IMG/VR virus record: IMGVR_UViG_3300046786_000414
Location: 1-45,203 of that record
Source: a virus
Lineage: Duplodnaviria > Caudoviricetes
DNA: 45,203 nucleotides
Direction: 5' to 3' (one strand)
Shown: positions 35,395-44,787 of the stretch, piece after piece
Position numbering within the stretch: the first letter of the stretch is position 1
How the letters are laid out: every line of letters begins with the position of its first letter
The notes under the pieces: model-generated
Seen by the model: the letters and a program-made list of their open reading frames with translations, nothing else
Database searches by the model: none
Told to the model about the DNA's origin: nothing
Program-made: the position numbers and the translations under genes

Positions 35395-37985
35395 TGCGTT
35401 CTAAGTCTCGGCTGACCCCTCGACGCGAGGTGGCCGCAAGTCTGGTGCAGGCCAACGTTGACTCGTTGACCCAGGGCATCAGCCAGCAACCTGCTCACTT
35501 GCGTCAGGTGGGTCAAGCCGAGAAGCAGGTGAACGCCTGGAGTTCTCCGGTTGAAGGTCTGACAAAGCGCAGGCCAACCAAGTACGTGGCCAGGGTCAAC
35601 TCCAGCCCGGTCACGGACTTCTTCATGGAGTTTATGCAGGTCATCTCTGGAGAGACCTACAGCTTGATGCTGTACCCCAGCGGCTCGGGGATGAAGTTGC
35701 AGCTGATGAACAACGGGGCCGCTCCTGCTCTTGATGTGCATGGGACCGGGCTAAGTGTGTCGGCCTCCCCTGGGGCAATCGACATTGCCAACACGAGCTA
35801 TCTCTACAACTCGGGCTCGGAGTTCAGTGATAAGTATGTGCTCATCAACAGCGGCCCGCTTGGGCTGTTGCTGAACAGGGAGAAAGTCACAGCCATGGAT
35901 GGCGCCACTAAGGCGGCCAAGGTCAACGAGGCCATGCTGTTCATTCAGGGTGTTGCCTATGAGATCACCTATCGGGTGACCCTGAACGGCACGGCGCTGA
36001 CCGCCTACACCACGCCAGCCGCTACGGCGACGCCGAACACGATCAGCACCACGCTGGTCGCCAACAACCTGGCCAGCACTATCGGCGCAGTCAGCGGGTT
36101 CACCGTGACGCAGGTGGGTCCGATTGTCTACGTGAAGAAGACGGACGGCAGCGACTTCACCATCAGCATCGACGACGGTCGCAGCAACACGCTGGCTAGG
36201 GCGATCAAGGGCAAGGTCTCCACTGTGAGCCAGCTGCCTACCCAGGCGTACAACGGGATGATCCTGCAGGTGGACTCCAACCCTGGGGACAACCTTGATG
36301 ACTACTGGGTTCAGTTCGCCACGGATGATCCCACCGTCAACATCGGTCCTGGCAACTGGCAGGAGGTGACCCAGCCAGGCCAGCAGTACAAGCTGAACGT
36401 GGACACCATGCCGCTGGTCATCTACCGCAGGGACACCAACGTGGTGTTTGTTGGCCCAGCCGATGGCGCCACTCGCTCCTTGACGGTTGGGCCAACGACC
36501 TACAGCTACACGTTCCCGAAGTGGTCTGAACGGGACACGGGTAACTCCACCACGATTGAGACGCCAGCTTTCGTTGGCCAGAAGATCAGAGACCACGTGC
36601 TGTTCCGTGGTCGCTACGCAGTTTGCGCTGGCCAGACAGTCATGTTCAGTGCGACCGACGAGCCCTTCCGGTTCTTCCAGAAGACCTCAACGCAGCTACT
36701 CGACACCGATTCGTTCGACGTGCGGGCCAGCTCTGAGCGCGGCGAAGAGCTGAACTGGCTGCTGCCCATCGATGAGTCCTTGCTGGCCTTCAGTCAATCC
36801 AGCCAGTTTCAGGTGAGAGCGGCTGACGTTGACGTGCTGACGCCAAGAACGGCCACGATCCTGCGCCTGACCAACATTGAGATGAACCCGTACCTGCGTC
36901 CCAAGATCGCGGGTCCGACCATCATCTTTTCGACCAAGGAAGCTGGGTACACCAACTTCCGTGAGTACCAGTTTGTTGACAACCAGCAGCGCAGGCTGGG
37001 TCTGAACTTAGGCAGCAGCCTTAACATCAGTCTGCACGCACCCAAGTACATCAAGGGAATTGCAACGCATTGGGACGTTGACGAAAGCCTTGACTACTTC
37101 CTGTGTAGCTCACCAGATAATCGCAAGAAGCTGTTTATCTACAAGTATTTGTACCAAGCGACGGGAGGCGGTACTGCCAAGTCGCAGGCAAGCTGGAGCG
37201 AATGGGCGTTTGATGGCGACATTCGCTTCCTGAGATTCCTTGATGGTGATCTGTGGCTAGTGATGACCTACCCCGATGGCACGTACAGCTGCACCATCTC
37301 CATCGATGAACTGCGAGATGCGTTGACTCCTGAGATCCTGCTGGATCGCAGGCTGCAGTTCCCAGAGTGCAATGCCAACGCAGCCATCACGGACAACATC
37401 ACTGCCACCTACGACTCAAGCACCAACCTGACGACCTTCACGTTGCCCTACCAGATGCAGGGTGAGACAAAGGCTGTCATCCGATTCGACAACAGCCGCC
37501 TCAAGGGACTGCAGTTGGGCAAAGCCTCAAGTGGGACCAGCCTGGTCTGCACAGAACGAGGCGACTACACAGCAGACAAGATCTCCTTCGGCCGCACCTA
37601 CACGATGGAGTACGAGTTCAGCACTCCGTACAGCGTGGAGAAGGACCAGGCCAGAAGCAGGATCATTGGAGACCTGGATGGCCGCCTACAGGTTGCGACT
37701 TGGACCACCCACCACCAGGACACTGGTGAGTACGAGGTGGTCGTGAAGCGGCTCAACAGGGAAACGGATAGCCGCCAGCAATTCCGCAGCCGCAGATTGA
37801 ACGTGGCTAACAATGTGATTGGTACTGAGACAAGTGTGCTTGAGAATGGAAGGTTCCGTGTGCCTGTTTATTCCAAGAACACTCAATGCAGCGTGACCAT
37901 TGAAAGCAGCAGCTGGTTGCCAGTGACCATCACTGGTGCTTCATGGGAAGGCAATTACACTAATCGCAGCAAGAGCTTGAACTGA
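35394..37985 (+). CDS. Tail tubular protein B (gp12-like)
   Basis: LTQGISQQP...GLTKRRP, QASWSEW, WEGNY; size and synteny. Confidence 0.92.
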   Translation: MRSKSRLTPRREVAASLVQANVDSLTQGISQQPAHLRQVGQAEKQVNAWSSPVEGLTKRRPTKYVARVNSSPVTDFFMEFMQVISGETYSLMLYPSGSGMKLQLMNNGAAPALDVHGTGLSVSASPGAIDIANTSYLYNSGSEFSDKYVLINSGPLGLLLNREKVTAMDGATKAAKVNEAMLFIQGVAYEITYRVTLNGTALTAYTTPAATATPNTISTTLVANNLASTIGAVSGFTVTQVGPIVYVKKTDGSDFTISIDDGRSNTLARAIKGKVSTVSQLPTQAYNGMILQVDSNPGDNLDDYWVQFATDDPTVNIGPGNWQEVTQPGQQYKLNVDTMPLVIYRRDTNVVFVGPADGATRSLTVGPTTYSYTFPKWSERDTGNSTTIETPAFVGQKIRDHVLFRGRYAVCAGQTVMFSATDEPFRFFQKTSTQLLDTDSFDVRASSERGEELNWLLPIDESLLAFSQSSQFQVRAADVDVLTPRTATILRLTNIEMNPYLRPKIAGPTIIFSTKEAGYTNFREYQFVDNQQRRLGLNLGSSLNISLHAPKYIKGIATHWDVDESLDYFLCSSPDNRKKLFIYKYLYQATGGGTAKSQASWSEWAFDGDIRFLRFLDGDLWLVMTYPDGTYSCTISIDELRDALTPEILLDRRLQFPECNANAAITDNITATYDSSTNLTTFTLPYQMQGETKAVIRFDNSRLKGLQLGKASSGTSLVCTERGDYTADKISFGRTYTMEYEFSTPYSVEKDQARSRIIGDLDGRLQVATWTTHHQDTGEYEVVVKRLNRETDSRQQFRSRRLNVANNVIGTETSVLENGRFRVPVYSKNTQCSVTIESSSWLPVTITGASWEGNYTNRSKSLN

Positions 37986-39130
37986 TGCCGTTCGCAGCCG
38001 CTGTTCCATACATCTTTGGCGCTCTTGGCGTTGGCCAGTCGATTCTCGGCGGCATGGGCCAGCAGGCTGCCGCCAACGCGCAAAACAAAGAAGCAGAGCG
38101 AATTGCCAAAGCTCAGTTCAAGCGGGCCAGGCAGGAATACCAGATTCAGAAGAAGCGAGATGTGACCCAGTGGTTCTGGGATCGCGCTCGCATCGAGCAG
38201 CTGCGCTTCAACGAAAAGCAAACTGCTTTGGATCAGGCCACTTACGGCGCCAAGCTCATCTCCTCTGCAACCGAGAACCTGGCGATCAACAGCCAGGCGC
38301 TCTACGACAAGTTCGTGACCGAGGAGCGGTTGCGTGCCACCCAAGTTGGGCTGGACTACCAGTACACGACCAACAAGCTGGCGGCTGACAGCACCGAGGC
38401 GGTGCGCCAGTACATGCAGAACATCAACCAGACGGCACTGCAGAGCAGTGCCACGGTCTCCAAGCTGACGACTGACACGCAGGAACTGCTGTCAAGCCTG
38501 GCGTTAGAGGAGCAGCGGGACTATCTGGGGTGGCAGCTCAATGTGTTGTCAGCCGCGGCCAAGGACAGCGAAGCCAAGGCCGTAGCCAGTGCCCGCCAGG
38601 GAGGCAGCAACACCTCTCGCAAGTTGGCGGTGCAGGCCGCTCAGCAGCTCGGCCGCACATGGGCCGAACTTGATCAGCGGGCTACCAGCCGCGACGTGAA
38701 GCTGGGCCTGCTGAACAGCGCAATGAAGAACGACGTGTCTCGTCAGCTCAGCCAGTACGCGCTGACGATGCAGGATGAGACTGACAAGATCAAATACACC
38801 AATGCCAGGTACGTGTCTGACTACGGCCTGGCGAAGTCTCAGATGGAATCGCTGACCATCCCCAGCTTCCAGTTGGCCGAGAAGCAATACGGCCGTGAGC
38901 TGAAGAGCCTGCAACTGCAGACCCGTCAAGCGTTTGATGAGGCAACGACGAAGTACCGGGAACAGACCTTCTTTGATCCGCTGAGGCCTGTTGCGGGCCT
39001 ACGCCCTCAGTACATCGCGCCGACTGCCATTGCAGGACCGAGCACTGCATCCATCATTGGCAACGCGATTGTCAGTGGTATTCAAGGCGCTGCATCGGTC
39101 AGTGATCCCAAGAAGTGGTTCGGAGGTTAA
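37985..39130 (+). CDS. Internal virion protein (gp14-like)
   Basis: Hydrophobic Gly/Ala N-terminus followed by a Gln-rich coiled coil; follows gp12. Confidence 0.6.
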   Translation: MPFAAAVPYIFGALGVGQSILGGMGQQAAANAQNKEAERIAKAQFKRARQEYQIQKKRDVTQWFWDRARIEQLRFNEKQTALDQATYGAKLISSATENLAINSQALYDKFVTEERLRATQVGLDYQYTTNKLAADSTEAVRQYMQNINQTALQSSATVSKLTTDTQELLSSLALEEQRDYLGWQLNVLSAAAKDSEAKAVASARQGGSNTSRKLAVQAAQQLGRTWAELDQRATSRDVKLGLLNSAMKNDVSRQLSQYALTMQDETDKIKYTNARYVSDYGLAKSQMESLTIPSFQLAEKQYGRELKSLQLQTRQAFDEATTKYREQTFFDPLRPVAGLRPQYIAPTAIAGPSTASIIGNAIVSGIQGAASVSDPKKWFGG

Positions 39131-39157
39131 GCTTGACAGCGTACAACTGTCATTCGC

Positions 39158-39556
39158 ATGGCAAAGCTGAAAGGGCAAGAATTGCTTGCTTACATCAAGG
39201 AGCACGCTGGCACTGATGAGGGTGCCATCATCCAAGGTGCTGGCTACTACGGCTATCGCAGCGGCAAGCTCAACCTGCAGCGCACCAAGTTCTATCGGGC
39301 GATCAGCCAAGCCAATGGCCTGGTGATTGGCGATCCAGTCCCCGACGAGCGTCCCGGCAAAGAGCCCACCTTCCGACTGAAGGTAGGGCCCAAGGGTCTG
39401 ATCCCCGTTGGCCGCTCATATACAGAGCAATGCAACATGAAACCGGGAACCTTTGTGAAGGTTCTGGTTGAAGATGGCTGCGTGATCCTTGAGCCCGAGG
39501 ATGCAGCATCTGCAGTCGCAACCCCGCCTGCTGCAATACTGGCAAGCATTGCCTAA
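39158..39556 (+). CDS. Cyanobacterial AbrB-like transcriptional regulator
   Basis: LKGQELL...GAGY...TKFYRAISQANG...FRLKVGPKGLIPVGRSYTEQCNMKPG resembles the cyAbrB family. Confidence 0.75.
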   Translation: MAKLKGQELLAYIKEHAGTDEGAIIQGAGYYGYRSGKLNLQRTKFYRAISQANGLVIGDPVPDERPGKEPTFRLKVGPKGLIPVGRSYTEQCNMKPGTFVKVLVEDGCVILEPEDAASAVATPPAAILASIA

Positions 39557-39578
39557 CCTCAACAGAGGGAGGATCGTG

Positions 39579-39604
39579 GAGGGGTTGCGCGACCCCTCTT
39601 TTTT
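39579..39604 (+). terminator. Intrinsic terminator
   Basis: GAGGGGT-tgcgcg-ACCCCTC-TTTTTT. Confidence 0.8.
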
Positions 39605-39609
39605 GTGCC

Positions 39610-40746
39610 ATGGGGATCAATGACGTTCAATTCTCTCCAGAGCGATGGCTCCAGTTCTGGGACAACTACAAAGCCCAGGAGCATCAGATCGAAGCGATCC
39701 GCAAGCTTGGTCGACATATCAGCGAAGCGGACCCTTGCCTGCTGACCGAATCCGCCGACTGGGTGACGACCTGGCGGACGCCTTACGTTGACCAGCCAGT
39801 TACCTGGGGCCGTGTTGAGCAGATTGCCAAAGCAGCTGGGGCTAAGTTCCCAGAACTGGTCGCTGCGCAGTGGGCGCTGGAAAGCGGCTGGGGCAAGAAC
39901 ACCAGCGGCCGCAACAACTACTTCGGTTTGAAGGGGCCTGGCTCCGCCCACAAGACGCAGGAGGTGGTCAACGGCAAGACCATCAGCATCACCGACGAGT
40001 TCCTCAACTTCCGCAGCCTGGAGGAGTGCGTCACCTATTTGGTGGATCGCTGGTACAGGGACTTCACGGCCAACGAGAAGACCTACAAGGGGGTCAACAA
40101 CAGCAGTTGCAGGGAGACCGCGGCGCGTGAGCTGCAACGCCAGGGGTACGCAACCAATCCCAATTACGCGGATCGTCTGATTGCGTTGATGAAGCAGCAG
40201 CGCCCTGTAGAAGGCGAGGCCCTGTTGCGTAACCCGCTCAAGGTGAAGTGGCAAAGCCAGCTCGACAACAAGAGTGGACAGGGTGCGCGTGAGTGCTTCA
40301 GCAGTTCGTGCGCCATGCTCGCCATCTACTGGAACAAGGTGGTTGGCGATGACGCCTATAACGCCATCCGCCAGAAGTACGGCGACACCACCAGCGCCGA
40401 GGCGCAGCTTGCCGCCCTGCGTTCCTTAGGGCTACAGGCTGACTTCCACACCAATGGCATCCCTAGGGCCCTTGAGCAAGAGATCGATGCAGGCCGCCCC
40501 GTTGCCGTTGGCTGGCTGCACAAAGGGCCTGTTGCCTCACCCAGTGGCGGCGGCCATTGGACGGTTGTGACTGGCTACACCGACATTGCCTGGATACAAA
40601 ACGATCCCAACGGAGAGGCCTCCCTGGTTGGCGGTGGCTACACCAACAACACCAAAGGCGCCGGCGTTGTCTACAGCCGCAAGAACTGGAATCCCCGCTG
40701 GATGCCTGGTGGCTCCGGAGGCTGGTATTTGACCTGCAAGCCATGA
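39610..40746 (+). CDS. Endolysin: GH73 glucosaminidase-like domain plus C39-like peptidase
   Basis: AQWALESGWG, NYFGLKG and GYATNPNY, followed by ECFSSSCAM, GGHW and NDP. Confidence 0.8.
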   Translation: MGINDVQFSPERWLQFWDNYKAQEHQIEAIRKLGRHISEADPCLLTESADWVTTWRTPYVDQPVTWGRVEQIAKAAGAKFPELVAAQWALESGWGKNTSGRNNYFGLKGPGSAHKTQEVVNGKTISITDEFLNFRSLEECVTYLVDRWYRDFTANEKTYKGVNNSSCRETAARELQRQGYATNPNYADRLIALMKQQRPVEGEALLRNPLKVKWQSQLDNKSGQGARECFSSSCAMLAIYWNKVVGDDAYNAIRQKYGDTTSAEAQLAALRSLGLQADFHTNGIPRALEQEIDAGRPVAVGWLHKGPVASPSGGGHWTVVTGYTDIAWIQNDPNGEASLVGGGYTNNTKGAGVVYSRKNWNPRWMPGGSGGWYLTCKP

Positions 40747-41084
40747 AGAGAGAACGACTCCATCTCAGCGTCCACACCAACGTGGAAACAGGTCTGGACT
40801 GGAACGGGCGCTACTACATCGCCTACACCAACGGAGCCAGCGTCTTCCTGCGTTGCCCCAAGGAAGTGAGGAAGTGGCTCAAGCTGCCGGCCAAGATCCC
40901 CTCCCGCGAGGCCTACGACAGCTGGATCGCCTCACTGCAGGCCGCCGATGCAGAACGGGCCAACAGGAACAACAAGGGCAAGGAGGAAGGACTAAGCGAG
41001 GAGCTGCTAGCCACTGGCTTTGGCCCAGAGGTTCACGCCCTGGACGAGAGCGATCCCAACCACCAGACCAAGATGATCACCTAG
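40743..41084 (+). CDS. Hypothetical protein
   Basis: ATGA overlap with the endolysin; last gene of the plus-strand run. Confidence 0.65.
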   Translation: MKRERLHLSVHTNVETGLDWNGRYYIAYTNGASVFLRCPKEVRKWLKLPAKIPSREAYDSWIASLQAADAERANRNNKGKEEGLSEELLATGFGPEVHALDESDPNHQTKMIT

Positions 41085-41295
41085 GCCGACTGGCCTGCCA
41101 TGCCTCGCCCAGGTTCTCGGCTGCTTCCTGTGCAAACCAGCGGGCAATGGCTGTCTGCTGATGCCAAAGGGTGTTCAACAGGATTGCAGTGTTCAGGAGC
41201 CCCTCGTAATCCTCGGACTCAAACAGGTCGAGCAGTGTCCGCTTGGTTGCTTCCTGCCTGAACTCCAGCTCCTGGCCGACAACAAAGGGTTGCAC
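41077..41295 (-). CDS. Hypothetical protein
   Basis: 72-aa helical ORF with a convergent overlap. Confidence 0.6.
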   Translation of the reverse strand: MQPFVVGQELEFRQEATKRTLLDLFESEDYEGLLNTAILLNTLWHQQTAIARWFAQEAAENLGEAWQASRPR

Positions 41296-41298
41296 GGT

Positions 41299-41484
41299 CT
41301 ACCTCTTGACCATTGGGCTGACGATCCCAGCCAGAACCTCAACGGCTCGATAGAGCTTGACTGCAAGCCTGCGGTAGTTGCTCAATGCTTCATTGTCCTT
41401 TGGCGTTGGGGTCATGTTCACGATGACCAGGGCAACACCATGAATTGCTACTGCAAGCGCAACGTAATCACTGATGCGATCCAC
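41299..41484 (-). CDS. Holin-like small membrane protein
   Basis: Transmembrane segment followed by TPTPKD. Confidence 0.55.
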   Translation of the reverse strand: MDRISDYVALAVAIHGVALVIVNMTPTPKDNEALSNYRRLAVKLYRAVEVLAGIVSPMVKR

Positions 41485-41512
41485 TGTTGAAAAGCGTCTC
41501 GCTCAACCCTAC

Positions 41513-41740
41513 TTAGTCCTTGACACCTGGCAAGTGTGTTTGCTCCAGGTTGCGGAGGCGCACCTCATGGTCGCGCAAATCGTCTTCTAGAACACGAATG
41601 TCCTTTTGCAGTTCGGATCGCAACATCCTCACCTCACTGAGGATTGCGTCCATCCCTCGCTTCATAGAGCCGTGCTCCACGGCCATCTTCCATAGGGCGC
41701 CTGTTGCAGCTACCCCAACAACAGATGCGACCTCAAGCAC
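41513..41740 (-). CDS. Membrane-anchored coiled-coil protein (possibly lysis-related)
   Basis: Hydrophobic N-terminus, C-terminal DHEVRLRNLE. Confidence 0.55.
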   Translation of the reverse strand: MLEVASVVGVAATGALWKMAVEHGSMKRGMDAILSEVRMLRSELQKDIRVLEDDLRDHEVRLRNLEQTHLPGVKD

Positions 41741-41793
41741 TGTGCTGCAAAAGCTATAAGCAGAGTACCGAGTTGAGGCCGCAGTTCCAGGCT

Positions 41794-42321
41794 TCAGCCA
41801 ATGATCTGAGCGCTCGTTGCTCCACCGCTGAAGGTGATTGTGTCCTCAAATGCAGGTGCCGGCGCTGAGTCCTGCGAGGGCCACGCTGGGTAGTCCACCC
41901 CGGTGATGTAGGCAGCCAGGGCAGGCGTATCCACCGTGTGCTCGATCTCGTAGACCTTGCTGCCTGCTGCCAGGCGTACTTGCTCGCGCCAGGTCTTGAT
42001 CACCGGGTCAGCGACCTTGCCGTTGTCGGCCTCGCGGATGATGATCCAATCAGTCGGCTGCAGCAGCGTGTTGGCGGTGGTGCGGGTCTGCTGCGTCCAC
42101 TGCTCAACGAGCTGAGCGTGATCCTTGGGGATCAGCTGACCTTCGGCGTCGTAGCCCCAGTAAAAGCGTTGGTCCCAAGTGGCGGGATCGGGTACTTCGG
42201 TGATGCCAATCGCTGCACGCTCTTCCGGCGAAGCAAGGCGCAACCAGTTGGCGGGGTATTGGATGCCGTCGTGGGTGAACGCCACGTCGGGGCTCAGGGG
42301 CTTGCCGTCGAGGATGAACAT
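41794..42321 (-). CDS. Tail-fibre assembly / chaperone-like protein
   Basis: Immediately downstream of the RBP gene; LLQPTDW...WREQVR...WP pattern. Confidence 0.6.
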   Translation of the reverse strand: MFILDGKPLSPDVAFTHDGIQYPANWLRLASPEERAAIGITEVPDPATWDQRFYWGYDAEGQLIPKDHAQLVEQWTQQTRTTANTLLQPTDWIIIREADNGKVADPVIKTWREQVRLAAGSKVYEIEHTVDTPALAAYITGVDYPAWPSQDSAPAPAFEDTITFSGGATSAQIIG

Positions 42322-42381
42322 GGCTGGTGGTGCGGTGTTACATGGGGTAGGCCCCGTGGGGCTGATTAGTCTTGTTCACTA
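42222..42381 (+). repeat. Direct repeat, copy 2 (of 1-160)
   Basis: Direct comparison. Confidence 0.95.
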
Positions 42382-44787
42382 CTAGGCCGCTCGTGAGTAA
42401 TTAAATGGCGATTCCGCCCAAGCTGCGTATATGTACGTGTTTCCATTGGTGCCATTTGGCTCGACACCGCTGCCGGCTCGCACCTTGAAACCGTTAGACA
42501 GAATGTCAATACGGGCAAACGCGGATTCCTCCGCCCCCGATGTATTGGGTCGAAGGTTTGCCTGTACGACGTTGTACGGAGAGCGGGCCGTATCAAATAT
42601 CAACCAGTCAGCACCAGAAGCACTACTTAACTTGCATAGCACGAGTCTAGGTTTAAAAGATGTGTATACGAAAGGCCCGTCGCTGTTTGCATTCGCAACA
42701 AATGAACCCATCGAAGCGTACCCGGCTACTGGGGCGAAGCAGTACATCACATAGGTTGCACCTGATGTATTTCCTTCAAACGGAGCGCCTAGCGTCACAA
42801 CAGTCGAAGATGGTGCTGTGTTATTGAATCGCGTCGAATCCGAAGAATAAGCATCGGTCAGGTTCAGGAAAACAGAACCTCCTGCTCCAAGACTCTGGTG
42901 GTACGTTGTCCAGTTGCTGGTTGCGCTTATCTTTTTAATGACGAAAAACGCGGGGGCAACACCCAATCCGTGACCCACAGTGGCGCCAGCAGTGCCATTT
43001 CCTGTATAGCCGACTATAGATATGCCCGCCAAAGCGTTAGTCCGGCGACTGCTTTGTATGGACCCAGTGTTATCTGTGACGGTGGAGCTGCCGGCGTCCC
43101 AGCACCAGGCGGCGTAGGAATTACCTGAAGCATTAACACCCGTTCCGGATGTAAGCGAAAAACCGTTAGAAGTGAAAGCACTTAGATACCCGTTGGCATC
43201 GTTGACCACCTCTGCATCTGTTGTATTGCTGAACAGGTGACGATTAGCGCCACGGATGATGTCATTAAGTCGGTGATAGTCACCAGCACTGCGGTTTTTA
43301 AGCCAGACGAAACCAGGGCTAAACTCAAATCCTGAGATCGTCTGCGTGCTGCCATTCCCAGGGTAGACCTTGACATCCATCACCGTATTAGGCTTCGTGA
43401 TTACTGGTGCGGGCAGGTTTGCCGTACAGAGTGCCTTGAAGCCGCTGGGGGCGGTGTAGGCGAAGGGGCGTTGGCCGAAGTTGCACACCCATGCGGCGCT
43501 GCTGCCATAACCGCTAACAGCAGAAACGTAGACTTCACCGGCGGTCAAACTTTCGTAAGTCGTGCCGGAAGTGACGGCATTAGCACCGTTTTTGTAGAAA
43601 GTCAGTCGGTTGTTATCGAGGTCGATTGCGACACCAATCACATCACCTGTGGTGTAGCTGCTATAGGTACGACCGCCACCGCCGCCATTAACTCCTCCGC
43701 CAGCGTAGTAGCCAAATGTTCCAGATTCAGCGCCAACGTATGTAGCCATATCGGTTGTCTTGGATAAAGCAACACCAACGGCTGGCCACTGGCCACCAAG
43801 AGCGGTCAATGTTGCTTCGTAATACCACTTGCCTGAGCTGACACCAATAGTGCCAACAACTCTGCTATGGACGCTTGAACCTGCGTGTGAACTTTCTAAA
43901 TTGCCGTTGGTGAGGGTGACGTTGGATCCTTTGTTTAGGGCGTTAAGAACGGTGTAATTCCCTCTAACCTCAGCCCCCACGCCCGTATCTGTCTGCGACC
44001 CATTAACGGGAACGTCTACGAGGCTGTCGTTGCCTGCGCCAGCGGTGACGGATAGGTTGTTGACGGTCCACGTGTTCCCAGCCCCAGAAGTGTCCGTCCC
44101 TAATGCGGCGGCGGTGCTGTTATCGGAGAAGTTGAGTTTGAATCCGTTTGTACCGTAGACACCAGCAAACTGTTTGGGTTGCCAGATACCGTTGGCATCG
44201 AACTCCCCAAATGCCGATGCGTCGTATGCGGTGCCATCGCAGAAGTGGATGTCGGCGAGGCAGCCAGAGAAATAGCTAGCCGCCCCAATAGAGTGTGAAG
44301 CTGTTGCGTTGATTGGCAAATCTTCGTTTAATGTCGGGTATGTTGCCGAACTGAACGACGTGACTTGGCTGCCATTGACATAAAGCCTGAGTCTGTTTGA
44401 AGCTGTCGCTTGAGTCGTGTCTGTAGCTAAAACAATGTGATACCAGGCCGAAGCGTCTCGAAATACTTGCGATGTAATCAGATTGTAAAAGCTGTACCGT
44501 GCAACAACAAGAGCGTCTTTGGTCGTTCCATAGTTGCCGTCGCCATACAACAATGCAAAAATGGTCGAATCTGATGCCCCTGTTCTGGTTTCAAAAAGAG
44601 TATTTAAGGCTCCAAGTCCACTCCGCTTCACCCACCCCGCCCAGGTCCACGTCTTGCGGTTGCCGGCGGATGAGGGGGTGCGACTAAAAAAGGCCGAGTC
44701 TGCTGAGTTCAGGCGGACGGATCTAGAGATGGCGTACCCACCACCACCTTCCTGCCCCAACATGAGGCTGTTATTCAAGGCGCTCAT
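42382..44787 (-). CDS. Tail fibre / receptor-binding protein, variant B (one LamG-like domain, a SPRY-like domain, the C-terminal module)
   Basis: 801 aa; collinear homologue of 161..3322 lacking the second LamG block. Confidence 0.8.
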   Translation of the reverse strand: MSALNNSLMLGQEGGGGYAISRSVRLNSADSAFFSRTPSSAGNRKTWTWAGWVKRSGLGALNTLFETRTGASDSTIFALLYGDGNYGTTKDALVVARYSFYNLITSQVFRDASAWYHIVLATDTTQATASNRLRLYVNGSQVTSFSSATYPTLNEDLPINATASHSIGAASYFSGCLADIHFCDGTAYDASAFGEFDANGIWQPKQFAGVYGTNGFKLNFSDNSTAAALGTDTSGAGNTWTVNNLSVTAGAGNDSLVDVPVNGSQTDTGVGAEVRGNYTVLNALNKGSNVTLTNGNLESSHAGSSVHSRVVGTIGVSSGKWYYEATLTALGGQWPAVGVALSKTTDMATYVGAESGTFGYYAGGGVNGGGGGRTYSSYTTGDVIGVAIDLDNNRLTFYKNGANAVTSGTTYESLTAGEVYVSAVSGYGSSAAWVCNFGQRPFAYTAPSGFKALCTANLPAPVITKPNTVMDVKVYPGNGSTQTISGFEFSPGFVWLKNRSAGDYHRLNDIIRGANRHLFSNTTDAEVVNDANGYLSAFTSNGFSLTSGTGVNASGNSYAAWCWDAGSSTVTDNTGSIQSSRRTNALAGISIVGYTGNGTAGATVGHGLGVAPAFFVIKKISATSNWTTYHQSLGAGGSVFLNLTDAYSSDSTRFNNTAPSSTVVTLGAPFEGNTSGATYVMYCFAPVAGYASMGSFVANANSDGPFVYTSFKPRLVLCKLSSASGADWLIFDTARSPYNVVQANLRPNTSGAEESAFARIDILSNGFKVRAGSGVEPNGTNGNTYIYAAWAESPFNYSRAA

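Noticed and set aside
39133-39161. Complete sigma70 promoter for the AbrB-like gene
   Set aside because: TTGACA is present, but the -10 position would fall on the start codon with no match. It is kept only as a motif copy.
161-44787. Diversity-generating retroelement or shufflon behind the two RBP variants
   Set aside because: There is no reverse transcriptase, the differences are not adenine-specific, and the copies are in direct orientation with no adjacent invertase.
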